The notes: generated from the letters alone by a model not told the origin. A stretch of DNA of 64,000 nucleotides from Nitrospinia bacterium (GCA_029261715.1 JAJDAT010000049.1:296778-360777), one strand, 5' to 3'; shown: positions 19,820-29,904, counted from the first letter of the stretch. Translations and numbers: made by a program.

Positions 19820-20209
19820 CTAAGAGGAAATTAAATCGAGTTTCCTTAAGGTTGGAGAGCCAAAGGGGGGAAGGTTTAAGAGACGTCCACTTTTTAAAGC
19901 TTTTAAAGCAAAAGCCACCATTGCATCGTAATCTATCATTCTTTCTTTAAAAAAACGGACTGAATCTAAACAAACTTTTTTAGTTTTTTTTATTTTTTGA
20001 ACGGTTTGTTGGTGGAGCTTTATAAGTTGGATTTCTTTTTCTTTTAATAGATGAAAATGTCCCCCTAGCTTTTTTCTATGTTCCTCAATAAAGTTCCTAA
20101 AGTTTCTCAATGGATCGAGGTTAGAAGCTATAGAAGACTTTTCTGGAATACCTTCATCTATTCTTTTCGAATTTAGAAGTTTATCGACTTGATTTTGATC
20201 AAGTTCCAT
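19820..20209 (-). CDS. Hypothetical protein with FliM-N/CheZ-C-like N-terminal peptide
   Basis: 129 aa ORF starting MELDQNQVDKLLN; upstream sigma54 motif. Confidence 0.7.
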   Translation of the reverse strand: MELDQNQVDKLLNSKRIDEGIPEKSSIASNLDPLRNFRNFIEEHRKKLGGHFHLLKEKEIQLIKLHQQTVQKIKKTKKVCLDSVRFFKERMIDYDAMVAFALKALKSGRLLNLPPFGSPTLRKLDLISS

Positions 20210-20239
20210 TTTTTTCTCTTAAAGTAAATATTTTTTACA

Positions 20240-20277
20240 AGCGTTCAAACGGACCTAAGATGATCCGTTTGAACGTT
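20240..20277. repeat. 12 bp perfect inverted repeat (hairpin) in the 5' UTR of 19820..20209
   Basis: CGTTCAAACGGA (20242-20253), 10 nt loop, TCCGTTTGAACG (20264-20275). Confidence 0.8.
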
Positions 20278-20364
20278 AGGGTCGACGGGGGGGGATTGCC
20301 AACCCTACATGCAAAAAATCACTAAAAATATTGTTGATACTTTATTAATAGACTATTTACTAGT

Positions 20365-20382
20365 AAGCATTTTTTGTTCCAA
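20365..20382 (-). promoter_or_regulatory. Sigma54 (-24/-12) promoter candidate
   Basis: Minus strand TTGGAACAAAAAATGCTT has the GG-N10-GC spacing. Confidence 0.6.
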
Positions 20383-20474
20383 AAAACGCGATTATTTTTG
20401 CGGATTTTAAGTGCCTTTAAATCAGCTGTTTATGCGGTTAAGTATTTTGTGGTAGGAAAATGAATAGAAGTTTT

Positions 20475-20528
20475 TGAGATAAGTAAGACAAGGCGTCTCA
20501 AAGTGAAACTATTGGGGCGTTTTGAGAC
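20475..20528. promoter_or_regulatory. Candidate tandem enhancer-binding-protein sites for the sigma54 promoter
   Basis: GTCTCA-AAG-TGAAAC (20495-20509) and degenerate copies ending TAAGAC (20489) and TGAGAC (20528), about 20 bp apart. Confidence 0.4.
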
Positions 20529-20557
20529 AGTAGGGGGTAGAAGTTTTCAAAGATTAC

Positions 20558-21334
20558 TTAATTGACTTGGTCTTGGATATAGGAGATCCATTTTTCAGTG
20601 CGAGAACTTTTAGGTTTTAATTTTTTATAAAGTTTAAATTGTTTAATTGCAGCTCCATAATCAGCATTGAATGTGTGTGACACTCCTAAATTAAAATTTA
20701 AATTAGGATGATTAGGATTTAGCGCCAAACCTCTTTGATACATTGAAATGGCTTCAAGAGTTCTTTTCTTATTTTGGTAAGCCAAGCCTAGTTGATTGAA
20801 ATAGTCTTGATTATCTATTAAAGGTTTATCTTTATATGCTTCTAAAAGGATAATAACTGCATCAGGGTTTTTGTAAGGATTAAGCTTTTTAGCTTGTTTG
20901 GCTAGTTCTCCAAACTTTAAGTCTTTATCTGCAATTGTTCCTCCTACGCCTAAAGCCCAAGTTGGCGCTTGAAAGGAACTTCCTGGAGAGATTTCTTCAA
21001 ATAAACCTTTTCCAGAAAAATCCATTACGGCAAGATCGAGAGGTTCTTTATTATCAAAATCTGCAGTTACGGCGTATGCTTTTCCATTTATGGTATAAAC
21101 CCCAACCGATACTTTTTCTACCTGATATATTTTAAACCGGGTTTCTTTACCTGGGACTTTTGCTGAACGTTCTTCCAAAGTGGAGAAAATATTACGTTTT
21201 CCTTTCCAATCAGGTATTCCCCAATCATTTAAAGTTTTTGGAAATGCAGAAGTGTTTTGAGGAGTAATTAAACTAATTGAAAATGTAAAGTAAGTAATTA
21301 TTAGTATGCGGAATAAAGAACTTTTATTTTTCAT
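20558..21334 (-). CDS. Exported TPR-containing protein
   Basis: Signal peptide; C-terminal YFNQLGLAY..ALNPNHP..FNLGV TPRs. Confidence 0.9.
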   Translation of the reverse strand: MKNKSSLFRILIITYFTFSISLITPQNTSAFPKTLNDWGIPDWKGKRNIFSTLEERSAKVPGKETRFKIYQVEKVSVGVYTINGKAYAVTADFDNKEPLDLAVMDFSGKGLFEEISPGSSFQAPTWALGVGGTIADKDLKFGELAKQAKKLNPYKNPDAVIILLEAYKDKPLIDNQDYFNQLGLAYQNKKRTLEAISMYQRGLALNPNHPNLNFNLGVSHTFNADYGAAIKQFKLYKKLKPKSSRTEKWISYIQDQVN

Positions 21335-21549
21335 GCAAAAAACTCACAGGTTAGAACTTTGAATGGATAATATTATATATCTTTTAAGTGTTTGCCTACT
21401 AGGCAAATTTTTCAAAAGCGGTTGTTTTTTCATTAATAGACCGCATATTTTTATTCAAGAGATCTTTGTAAGTGGTTGAAAATATTTGTCTTTTTTGTTT
21501 TTTTTGAAAAGGTGTGGTATTTGCATTTGAAATGAATGAAGATTCGGAC

Positions 21550-21625
21550 AGGCACACCTCCTTACCCCGGATGAGTTCAGTAAACCAGGGATTGAATATC
21601 ATCCGGGAGTGCCTACCTTTTTTTT
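21550..21625 (+). ncRNA. Candidate structured small RNA: long hairpin with anti-SD bulge and poly-U end
   Basis: AGGCAC/GTGCCT, CCCGGATGA/TCATCCGGG and GTTCAGT/ATTGAAT stems; bulged ACCTCCTTA; T8 tail; GC-rich island in an AT-rich divergent intergenic region. Confidence 0.5.
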
Positions 21626-21709
21626 GCGCTATTTTGTTTCCTACATTTCTGTTATAACTCCCTACCGCGCTTTTATTGTTTTTTCATTGTTTTTTACAAT
21701 TATGGTGTT

Positions 21710-22558
21710 TTGATGGCTCGTCCTCAACCTGGTTCAATTTTTCCTCCACAAAGTGATACTGTTTCTTTGGTTTATCATGTCGAAGATCTTGGCGTAAACG
21801 CTATGAGCGTTTCAAAAATTGCGGCTATGGTTGCTGGCTTGGCTGAAGAAAAAGAGAAGTTTAGCCGTGATGCAAAGATAAATTATATGATTGGTTTTGG
21901 CGCTAGGTTTTGGAGCTTGGTTTTTCATTTGAATTTACCAAAAGCATTTGAAAGTTTTCGTCCTACCATTTTGAAACAAGTCGATCCAGCCGAAATTGGC
22001 GGTGATTTTTTTATTTTTTTAAGTTCACAAAACTCAGAATGGAATTCAAGATTACTTTCTGAAATCGAAGTAAATTTAAGCGATTTGACCGAAACGGTTG
22101 ATCATTTTGATGGAGTTTCTGTTTTTTTAACCGATTTAAATGATAATGAAAAAACTTTAATAAGCTCTGAAGACCCTGAGTTTTCGGGAGGATCTTTTAC
22201 TTTGAGATTGAGTTTTTTATGGAACGAAAATGATGAATCGGAAATCAATTTAGCGAAAAAGTTCAGGAATTTTATTGAATCTGAAAATTTTAAAAAAATA
22301 GTTGAACCATTTTCAGTCCGTTCTTTACTTTTCCAAAGTAAGAGTCGGTTATTATTAATGCTTTTAGCTAAAGCTCCTGAGCAACTTGAAAGTGTATTGC
22401 AAGAGATCCATCAAATTGAATCGAGTTTTTTCTTGTTTCTGGAATTTGGTTCTTATGCTTTTGTGCCCTCAATCGATGTCTTAACAGGATTAAGAATGGG
22501 AGGGTTGCGAATGGGGAAGCTATCTCCTACAGCCAAATTTAAGTTAAGGCCAATTTAA
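21710..22558 (+). CDS. Degenerate Dyp-type peroxidase-fold protein
   Basis: PQPG.I.P, IGFG..FW, GDFFI, EDPEFSGGSF and GSYAFVPS match the Dyp scaffold; the GxxDG catalytic segment is not visible. Confidence 0.65.
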   Translation: MMARPQPGSIFPPQSDTVSLVYHVEDLGVNAMSVSKIAAMVAGLAEEKEKFSRDAKINYMIGFGARFWSLVFHLNLPKAFESFRPTILKQVDPAEIGGDFFIFLSSQNSEWNSRLLSEIEVNLSDLTETVDHFDGVSVFLTDLNDNEKTLISSEDPEFSGGSFTLRLSFLWNENDESEINLAKKFRNFIESENFKKIVEPFSVRSLLFQSKSRLLLMLLAKAPEQLESVLQEIHQIESSFFLFLEFGSYAFVPSIDVLTGLRMGGLRMGKLSPTAKFKLRPI

Positions 22559-22568
22559 GGGGGGGAAA

Positions 22569-22823
22569 CTATAGGGATCGGATATTTGTAATCTGTATTT
22601 CATTAGGGGCTTTTTTCAAATAATGCGCAAGAGCCGAATGAATGACAGCTATATGTTCTGATGTTTCTGCGTTATCAGAAGAAGAGGCTGGTTTTGCCGG
22701 AGGAGGGACATAAGGCATCCACTTTACTAGAGCCTTAATTACGAAAATTAAGGTTGAAAGTGTAGTAAATATTACCACCAGTGAAATGCAAGAGACAAAG
22801 ACGGATGATTCTATTGGCGACAT
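22569..22823 (-). CDS. oadG: Na+-transporting decarboxylase gamma subunit (OadG family)
   Basis: Single TM, Pro/Ala linker, HIAVI..AL; adjacent to oadB. Confidence 0.8.
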   Translation of the reverse strand: MSPIESSVFVSCISLVVIFTTLSTLIFVIKALVKWMPYVPPPAKPASSSDNAETSEHIAVIHSALAHYLKKAPNEIQITNIRSL

Positions 22824-22827
22824 TTCT

Positions 22828-24021
22828 CTAAGGGATTAAAGGGTTTGCGAGTGAGACTGCCTGCAATGCCGCATGTGAAACTGGATCTGGGCTTCCAAAT
22901 AGGGATAAAAATACACCTGCTGCGACCGCGCTACCAATAACTCCGGCTACATTAGGACCCATTGCATGCATTAATAAAAAGTTGTTGTGGTCTTCTTCTG
23001 CGCCAACTTTTTGAGAGACTCTTGCAGCCATTGGAACAGCCGAAACTCCAGCAGATCCAATTAAAGGGTTTACTTTTCCACCCGTAAACTTACACATGAT
23101 CTTACCAAACAAAACTCCGCCAGCGGTAGCTACGCAAAAAGCTAATAAGCCTAAAACTATAATTTTAACGGTCTCAAGTTTTAGAAAAGATTCAGCTGTC
23201 ATTGACCCGCCGACTGAAAGAGCAAGTAAAATAGTAACTATATTGATCAAATGAGTTTCTGAAGTTTCGTGAAGTCTTCCTGTTACTCCAGATTCTCTAA
23301 ATAAATTCCCTAACATGAGCATTCCCAATAATGGTGCTACTCCAGGCAACATTAATGTACATAAAATGGTGGATGCGATAGGAAAAATTATTTTAACATT
23401 TTGTGAAATTGGCTTAAGCTGTTCCATCCGAATTTTTCTTTCTTCGGGAGTTGTCAACCATCTCATAATAGGAGGTTGAATTAATGGAACCAACGACATA
23501 TATGAATAAGCGGCTACGGCTATAGGACCTAGTAAATGTGGAGCTAGTTTACTAGCAAGAAAAATTGAAGTAGGGCCGTCAGCGCCACCAATGATACCTA
23601 TTGCGCTTGCTTCTTGTAAGTTAAAACCAAGTAGGACCGCTCCAATCAAAGTCGAGTAAACTCCAATCTGAGCTGCCGCACCTAAGAGCAAGGTGCTGGG
23701 ATTGGCTAGCAAAGGTCCAAAGTCGGTTAATGCCCCAACTCCTAAGAAAATTAGAGGAGGCAGAACTTCATGTTTAACGCCGTAATAAAATATATTTAGA
23801 AGGCCGCCTTCAACATCAGAAGCCATGTTACTTAAGGGGAGATTAGCTAAAAGACAGCCAAACCCAATTGGAAGTAGTAGAAGGGGTTCAAATTTTTTCC
23901 ATATGGCAAGGTATAGCAATAGGCAAGCAACCGCGATCATAAGAAAATGACCCGGCGTCATTGCTACAAAACCCGTCATACCGACGATTTTTGAAAAAGA
24001 TTGTGCTAAGTAACTTTCCAT
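22828..24021 (-). CDS. oadB: Na+-transporting decarboxylase beta subunit
   Basis: [45 protein letters not shown]. Confidence 0.97.
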   Translation of the reverse strand: MESYLAQSFSKIVGMTGFVAMTPGHFLMIAVACLLLYLAIWKKFEPLLLLPIGFGCLLANLPLSNMASDVEGGLLNIFYYGVKHEVLPPLIFLGVGALTDFGPLLANPSTLLLGAAAQIGVYSTLIGAVLLGFNLQEASAIGIIGGADGPTSIFLASKLAPHLLGPIAVAAYSYMSLVPLIQPPIMRWLTTPEERKIRMEQLKPISQNVKIIFPIASTILCTLMLPGVAPLLGMLMLGNLFRESGVTGRLHETSETHLINIVTILLALSVGGSMTAESFLKLETVKIIVLGLLAFCVATAGGVLFGKIMCKFTGGKVNPLIGSAGVSAVPMAARVSQKVGAEEDHNNFLLMHAMGPNVAGVIGSAVAAGVFLSLFGSPDPVSHAALQAVSLANPLIP

Positions 24022-24032
24022 TTACTCGATAC

Positions 24033-25841
24033 CTATCCGATAGTTACCAGTGGATCTCCAGCGCTCACGTTATTACCTTCTTGGACGTGAATAGTTTGGA
24101 CGGTACCAGTAAAGTTTGATTTGATTTCTGTTTCCATTTTCATGGCTTCGATCATTAAAACAGTATCGCCCTCCGAAACCGACGACCCAACTTGAACTTT
24201 AATCGAAAGAACAGTTCCCGGTAATTTAGCGTCAACGATATTTCCAGAACCAGTTGGAGCCGCAGGAGCTGAGGCTTGTGCAGGTTGTGGAGCTGCCGCA
24301 GGAGCCGCAGGTTGAGGAGCTGTTGTTGCGGGCGCAGAGCCTGCAGGAACAACCTCAACGGAGTAAGCTTTACCATTCACATTGATAGTATAGTTTGCTG
24401 GACCTGTAGCCACAGGGGCAGCAGGAGCAGCTGAAGCTGTCCCTGGTCCATTTGTCTTAGGTTTAGCCGCATCAGTTCTAGCTTTTTCTGTAACTGTTGG
24501 GTCGTTGCGCGTCTCAAAAAACTTTAAGGCTACCTTAGGGAACATTGCATAGGTAAGTAAGTCCTCTTCTTCCGTTACTTTACCCTCGCATTCTTTTTTA
24601 ACTGAATCCCACTCTGGCTCCAACAAATCTGCGGGCCTACAATCAATGATTTTTTCGTTTGCAGATACTTGTTCAAAAAGTTCTTGATTTAATTCGCCAG
24701 GTAGCTTTCCGTATTTTCCTAATAGACATTCCCTGGTTTCTTTTGTAACAATTTTATATCGCTCACCAGTAAGTACATTAAGTGTCGCTTGTGATCCAAC
24801 AATCTGGCTCGTCGGAGTTACCAAGGGAGGATATCCTAAATCTTTTCTGACTCTTGGAACTTCTTTCAAAACTTCTTCGATTTTATCCGTAGCGTTTTGT
24901 TCTTTTAGTTGATTTTCCATATTGGAAATCATGCCGCCAGGAATTTGCGAATCTAAGATTTTAATATCAACGCCTTTAAAATCACTTTCAAACTGTGCAT
25001 AGTGTTTTCTGACATCTTTAAAATAATCAGAAATCTCATGAAGAAGGTTTAAATCTAAACCTGTATCTCGTTCGGTTCCTTTAAGAGATGCGACAACACA
25101 TTCCGTAGCAAATTGTGAAGTGCCCATTGCCATTGCGGAAATTGCAGTATCGACCATGTCAACACCCTCGTCGATAGCGCACTGTAAATTCATCCCTACC
25201 AATCCAGTAGTCGCATGGGTATGCAAATGAATTGGAAGTTTAACAGTACTTTTAATTTCTCTAATTAGCGAACGGGTAACTTGAGGAGTTAAAAGCCCGG
25301 CCATATCTTTGATACAAATAATATCCGAGCCCATGTCTTCAAGTTGCTTAGCCATTTTAACGTAAAGGTCAACACTATGGACTGGGCTGACTGTATAGCT
25401 AATTGTTCCTTCAACAGTTTCGCCGCATTTTTTAACGGTCTCCATGGCTTTTCTAATATTACGGAAATCATTGAGAGCATCAAAAATTCTAAAAACGTTG
25501 ATACCCACATCAACCGATTTTTTTACGAACCGCTCCACTACATCGTCCGCATAATGTCGGTAGCCTAATAGGTTTTGCCCCCGTAATAACATTTGGAAAG
25601 GAGTTTTTGGCATGCGTTTTTTGAGTTCTCTCGCCCGATCCCATGGACTTTCATTCAAAAAACGGACACAACTATCAAAAGTAGCTCCACCCCAATTCTC
25701 AAGTGAAAAGTAACCCACTTGATCAAGTTTTGCCGCTATTGGGAGCATATCTTCTGTGCGCATGCGAGTAGCTAACAGTGATTGATGAGCGTCTCGAAGT
25801 ATAGTATCTGTAATTTTAAGCGGCTTAGCCTCTTTTTCCAT
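24033..25841 (-). CDS. oadA: Oxaloacetate decarboxylase alpha subunit (carboxyltransferase plus biotin carrier)
   Basis: LRDAHQSL, IKDMAG, HLHTH, Ala/Pro linker, EAMKM biotinylation site. Confidence 0.95.
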   Translation of the reverse strand: MEKEAKPLKITDTILRDAHQSLLATRMRTEDMLPIAAKLDQVGYFSLENWGGATFDSCVRFLNESPWDRARELKKRMPKTPFQMLLRGQNLLGYRHYADDVVERFVKKSVDVGINVFRIFDALNDFRNIRKAMETVKKCGETVEGTISYTVSPVHSVDLYVKMAKQLEDMGSDIICIKDMAGLLTPQVTRSLIREIKSTVKLPIHLHTHATTGLVGMNLQCAIDEGVDMVDTAISAMAMGTSQFATECVVASLKGTERDTGLDLNLLHEISDYFKDVRKHYAQFESDFKGVDIKILDSQIPGGMISNMENQLKEQNATDKIEEVLKEVPRVRKDLGYPPLVTPTSQIVGSQATLNVLTGERYKIVTKETRECLLGKYGKLPGELNQELFEQVSANEKIIDCRPADLLEPEWDSVKKECEGKVTEEEDLLTYAMFPKVALKFFETRNDPTVTEKARTDAAKPKTNGPGTASAAPAAPVATGPANYTINVNGKAYSVEVVPAGSAPATTAPQPAAPAAAPQPAQASAPAAPTGSGNIVDAKLPGTVLSIKVQVGSSVSEGDTVLMIEAMKMETEIKSNFTGTVQTIHVQEGNNVSAGDPLVTIG

Positions 25842-26009
25842 CGCTTAAATCCTTTAACAAAATCGTTAGGTATTTTATAAAACGAAATTAACTTTAGTAA
25901 AGTTCTTTTAAAATAATTTTAAGCCAACCTAAAACTCAAAGCACTGTTTAATGCATGGGTCAGGCAGGGATTTGTGGATATTAGAGTATAAAAAAATGAA
26001 AATCAAATA

Positions 26010-27482
26010 TTATTTACGCCATGTAAAAGGCATAAATAAAGCCAGAACCCCATAAATTTCTAGTCTCCCAATAAACATACAAAAAATAATGGCCCACTTA
26101 CCTAGATTTGGAATGTCGGCATAGTTTCCCATAGCCCCAACCTGCCCCAATCCTGGCCCTATATTAAATAAGGAAGCCACGGTTGCAGAGATGGATGTTG
26201 TTGGGTCGCAGCCCAACATAGATAGGAAAATTGAAACCATAAAAAAGATTCCCATATAGAGTCCGGCTAGCCCAACTACATTTAATAATTGATTATTATC
26301 CACAGTTTTGGAGCCAACTTTGACGTGAAAAACTCCTCTTGGTTGGACAATCTTTTGTAGCTCTCTAATGATGACTTTGAAAATTACTAGGATCCTTATT
26401 GATTTTAACGAACCACTAGTAGAACCTACACATCCTCCAATCATCATCAAACCCAGCAAAAAAATTCTTAAGAAATTAGGCCAGGCGTTAAAATCGTCGG
26501 TAGCAAATCCAGTTGTAGTATTAATGGAAACTGTTTGAAATGAAGCTCTCCTTAAAGCAGAGCCAAAACCATCTTGCGGGCTTGTTTCCCAAAGTCCAAT
26601 AGTGACAAAAATAACTCCAAAAATGATCAACCCTACATAAAAGCGTAATTCAGGATTTTTTAGAGCAGAATTAAAACTTCCATGCATTACATCATATTGA
26701 ATCGCAAAGTTGATCCCGCCTAAAAACATAAAAAACATGACGACGCATTCAACATATAAACTATTAAATGCGGAAACGCTTGCGTTGTAAGGAGAAAACC
26801 CTCCTGTCGCCACTGTAGAAAAAGTGTGACAAACTGCGTCAAACCACCCAATTCCCCCAAGTCTTAAGCATAAGATTTCGATTGCCGTCAAAGCTAAATA
26901 AACTTTCCATAGAATTTTTGCTGTTTCGGCTAACCGTGGTTGCACTCTTTCAACGGCCGCCCCTCCAGGAACTTCTGCTTTGAATAAGTGAAAACTTCCT
27001 ATTCCCAGGGCTGGAAAAACGGCAAGAGAAAGCATAATGATTCCCATGCCTCCTAGCCATTGAGTAAGGTTACGCCAAAATAAAACTCCTTTGGGTAGAG
27101 GGTCTATATCTCTTAATATTGTGGCTCCAGTAGTCGTAAAGCCACTCATGCTCTCAAAAAATGCGTCGATGAATTGTGGGCAAACGCCGGTCAAATAGTA
27201 AGGGATCGCCCCAATTAAGGAAATGCATACCCAGGAGAACGAGACGATAGCAAAGCCTTCTCGGTCTCTTAAATTGTCTATGCCAGAGGGGAGCAATTTC
27301 CACATGGAGATTCCAAGCGAAAAAGTCAGGATAAATGTCCACAAAAAAGCTTGCACTGAGGACATATTTCCATTGATAGCGTTTTCGCCAAAGCTTATGG
27401 AAACTGCTAAGGGGATTAGAAAAATCCCCGACAGCAAGATCAGTAAAATTCCTACAACGTTAAATACGGCTTTTAGGTTCAT
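26010..27482 (-). CDS. trkH: Trk potassium uptake membrane protein
   Basis: FFESMSGFTTTGA, QWLGGMG, TTTGF, FNIGPG pore loops. Confidence 0.97.
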   Translation of the reverse strand: MNLKAVFNVVGILLILLSGIFLIPLAVSISFGENAINGNMSSVQAFLWTFILTFSLGISMWKLLPSGIDNLRDREGFAIVSFSWVCISLIGAIPYYLTGVCPQFIDAFFESMSGFTTTGATILRDIDPLPKGVLFWRNLTQWLGGMGIIMLSLAVFPALGIGSFHLFKAEVPGGAAVERVQPRLAETAKILWKVYLALTAIEILCLRLGGIGWFDAVCHTFSTVATGGFSPYNASVSAFNSLYVECVVMFFMFLGGINFAIQYDVMHGSFNSALKNPELRFYVGLIIFGVIFVTIGLWETSPQDGFGSALRRASFQTVSINTTTGFATDDFNAWPNFLRIFLLGLMMIGGCVGSTSGSLKSIRILVIFKVIIRELQKIVQPRGVFHVKVGSKTVDNNQLLNVVGLAGLYMGIFFMVSIFLSMLGCDPTTSISATVASLFNIGPGLGQVGAMGNYADIPNLGKWAIIFCMFIGRLEIYGVLALFMPFTWRK

Positions 27483-27487
27483 TAGTC

Positions 27488-28846
27488 CTAAAAAAACCTT
27501 CTTTTTCCAAAGAGTTTTTCTATTTTATCAATCGATTTTGGAAGAGCTACTACGATAACTGAGTCGCCCGATTGAATAGAACATTCTTGATCGGGAACGA
27601 TCATTTCTCCATTACGTAGAATGGCTCCAATTATTGCATCTTCAGGAAATTTTATTTTCTCAATTTTTTTATCGATTATGGAAGATTTAGGATTTGCTAC
27701 AATTTCTAAAACCTCCGCCTCGTTTTCAATGAGTTTGTAAACGGAACGAACTTGTCCTTTTCTTAGATGCTTTAGGATAGCTCCAACGGTTATTAGTCGA
27801 GGATTGATAGCAATGTCCATTCCGATGGAATCTAAAATAGGGACATAATCGGGATCATTGGTAATCACCAATACTCGTTTGGCTCCCTGCTTTTTAGCTA
27901 ATAGCGCGGATAAAATATTATGTTCGTCGTCATCAGTAAGGGCCATAAAAAAATCGGCGTCTTGAACATTTATCTCATTGAATAAATCCGGATCTGTTCC
28001 ACTCCCATGAAGAACCACTGTTTTAGAAAGTTCATCAACCGCTAAGTCAGCTTTTTCAAGTGAAGGTTCGATTATTGAGATGTCGTTAAAGTCTTTTTCC
28101 AATTTTTGGGCAAGATTGATAGATACCGAATTAGCCCCAACGATTACAATCTTATGTGTTGCTTCTATTTTTTTATTCAACATAGGAAGAATAAGAGGCA
28201 TGAACTCTTTTTGCACAAGCATATAAATCTTATCGCCGACATGAATCTCATCTGATTCTTTGGGGATGATTAGGTTGCCGTCCCGCACAATGGCGACAAT
28301 CAAGAAGGAATTAAATTCATTGACCGCTTTTAACGCTTCAATTTTTTTATTAGCTAGAGGGGCGTCCTCGTGGATTTCGAATCCCCTTAATAAAATTTCG
28401 CCGTCAGCGAATTCAGCAACATTGACAGCGCCGGGGGTCGCTAATATTTTTTGAATAAAATCGACAATAATTTGACCGGGAGTTATGGCTTGGTCGATGA
28501 ATAACTGCTCAGAAGGGAAGACGGAGTTTTCTGAAGTAAACTCCATTGTTTGAAAGCGGGCAAATCGTTTTTTAACAGAAAATTTGTCGGCCAGCATACA
28601 GACGAAAAGATTGATTTCGTCTTTATTGGTGACGGCAATCACCATTTCCGCTTGTTTTATTCCAGCACGCAAAAGAACGCTAGGAAAACAAGCGTTTCCT
28701 TGTACGCTTAGAACATCAAGCTTTTCGCCAATCTGCTTTATTTTTTTATGATCAGCGTCGACTATAGAAATGTCGTGACCTTCCTGAGATAGTTCTTCAG
28801 CAAGGTTAAAACCGACTACCCCCGCTCCAACTATGACAATATTCAT
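27488..28846 (-). CDS. trkA: Trk potassium uptake NAD-binding subunit
   Basis: IVGAGVVG Rossmann motif; tandem RCK domains; 452 aa. Confidence 0.97.
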   Translation of the reverse strand: MNIVIVGAGVVGFNLAEELSQEGHDISIVDADHKKIKQIGEKLDVLSVQGNACFPSVLLRAGIKQAEMVIAVTNKDEINLFVCMLADKFSVKKRFARFQTMEFTSENSVFPSEQLFIDQAITPGQIIVDFIQKILATPGAVNVAEFADGEILLRGFEIHEDAPLANKKIEALKAVNEFNSFLIVAIVRDGNLIIPKESDEIHVGDKIYMLVQKEFMPLILPMLNKKIEATHKIVIVGANSVSINLAQKLEKDFNDISIIEPSLEKADLAVDELSKTVVLHGSGTDPDLFNEINVQDADFFMALTDDDEHNILSALLAKKQGAKRVLVITNDPDYVPILDSIGMDIAINPRLITVGAILKHLRKGQVRSVYKLIENEAEVLEIVANPKSSIIDKKIEKIKFPEDAIIGAILRNGEMIVPDQECSIQSGDSVIVVALPKSIDKIEKLFGKRRFF

Positions 28847-29005
28847 AACCTTTGCCTGAAATCAAAACCTAGGTCAATAAGTTGAAACGGGTACATTGAA
28901 TGTGGCTTGGAGGCCATTATTATTAAATGGGAGTTTCGAAAATCTGTGCGGTTGCAATTTCAGGCGGTTTATTTAAAAAAATGACCACCTTAACGTTGAA
29001 AAGTC

Positions 29006-29857
29006 TTATCGGTTTGGATTCAAAAACTCTAAAAACTCCGAATTTTCAGAGAGCATAATCGTGGTATCTGTATTAAGTGAGTTTTTATAAGCTTGCATGG
29101 ATCGAATGAATTCATAAAACTTAGGATCTTGTGAAAAAGCTTCTGCATAAATTTTGGCGGCATTACCATCGCCTTCGCCCTTAAGAGTTTTTTCCTGTTT
29201 GTAGGCTTTGGAGATAAGAATAACCTTTTCCTTGTCCGTCTGTGCCCGGATTTTTGTAGCTTCTTCATTTCCTTCAGATCGGTATTCTTTAGCGATTCTT
29301 TCTCTTTCGGTTCTCATCCGGTCAAAAATTGAGTTCGCAATTTCAGGAGGTAAATCGGCTCTCTTAGTTCTAACGTCTACAACTTCTATCCCATATTCGC
29401 TTGCTTTTTCACTAGCTTTTTGAGTAACAACAGCCATAATCTCTTCGCGTGTTTTTAAGATAATGTCAATTAAGTCGTGTGTGCCCATTTCTACGCGTAA
29501 TTCAGAATAGATAATATCGTCTAAACGTGACCGAGCGCCTCTTTGATCTCGGACAGTTTGGAGAAATTTTAAAGGATCACTAACTCTCCACATGGAATAA
29601 CTATCAATCAACAAGTTCTTTTTATCTCTAGTTATTAACTCGGCTGGAGCTGAGTCGTTAGACAATAAGATGCTTGGGAAGTATTTTACTTGTTGGATAA
29701 ACGGGATTTTAAAGTGTAAACCTGGCTCCGTTATCGTTTTAACAGGACGTCCCATTTGGAGCAATATAGCGGTTTTTGTCATATGGACAGAAAAAACCGA
29801 ATAATAAATTATTAGAATCAATGCTCCTAAGCCGGTCAATATTCCTTTTTGTGCCAT
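29006..29857 (-). CDS. hflC: FtsH protease modulator HflC
   Basis: PGLHFKIPF, DVRTKRADLP, RMRTERERIA, DPKFYEFIRS. Confidence 0.97.
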   Translation of the reverse strand: MAQKGILTGLGALILIIYYSVFSVHMTKTAILLQMGRPVKTITEPGLHFKIPFIQQVKYFPSILLSNDSAPAELITRDKKNLLIDSYSMWRVSDPLKFLQTVRDQRGARSRLDDIIYSELRVEMGTHDLIDIILKTREEIMAVVTQKASEKASEYGIEVVDVRTKRADLPPEIANSIFDRMRTERERIAKEYRSEGNEEATKIRAQTDKEKVILISKAYKQEKTLKGEGDGNAAKIYAEAFSQDPKFYEFIRSMQAYKNSLNTDTTIMLSENSEFLEFLNPNR

Positions 29858-29904
29858 ATTTTTAATCCAATTTTTTTAATAAAGTGATCATAAACTTTGT
29901 CTAT

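Noticed and set aside
21399-21602. 67-aa minus-strand ORF as a type I toxin or real CDS
   Set aside because: It is not hydrophobic, the strong SD lies inside it without a properly spaced ATG, and it reads through the hairpin and T tracts
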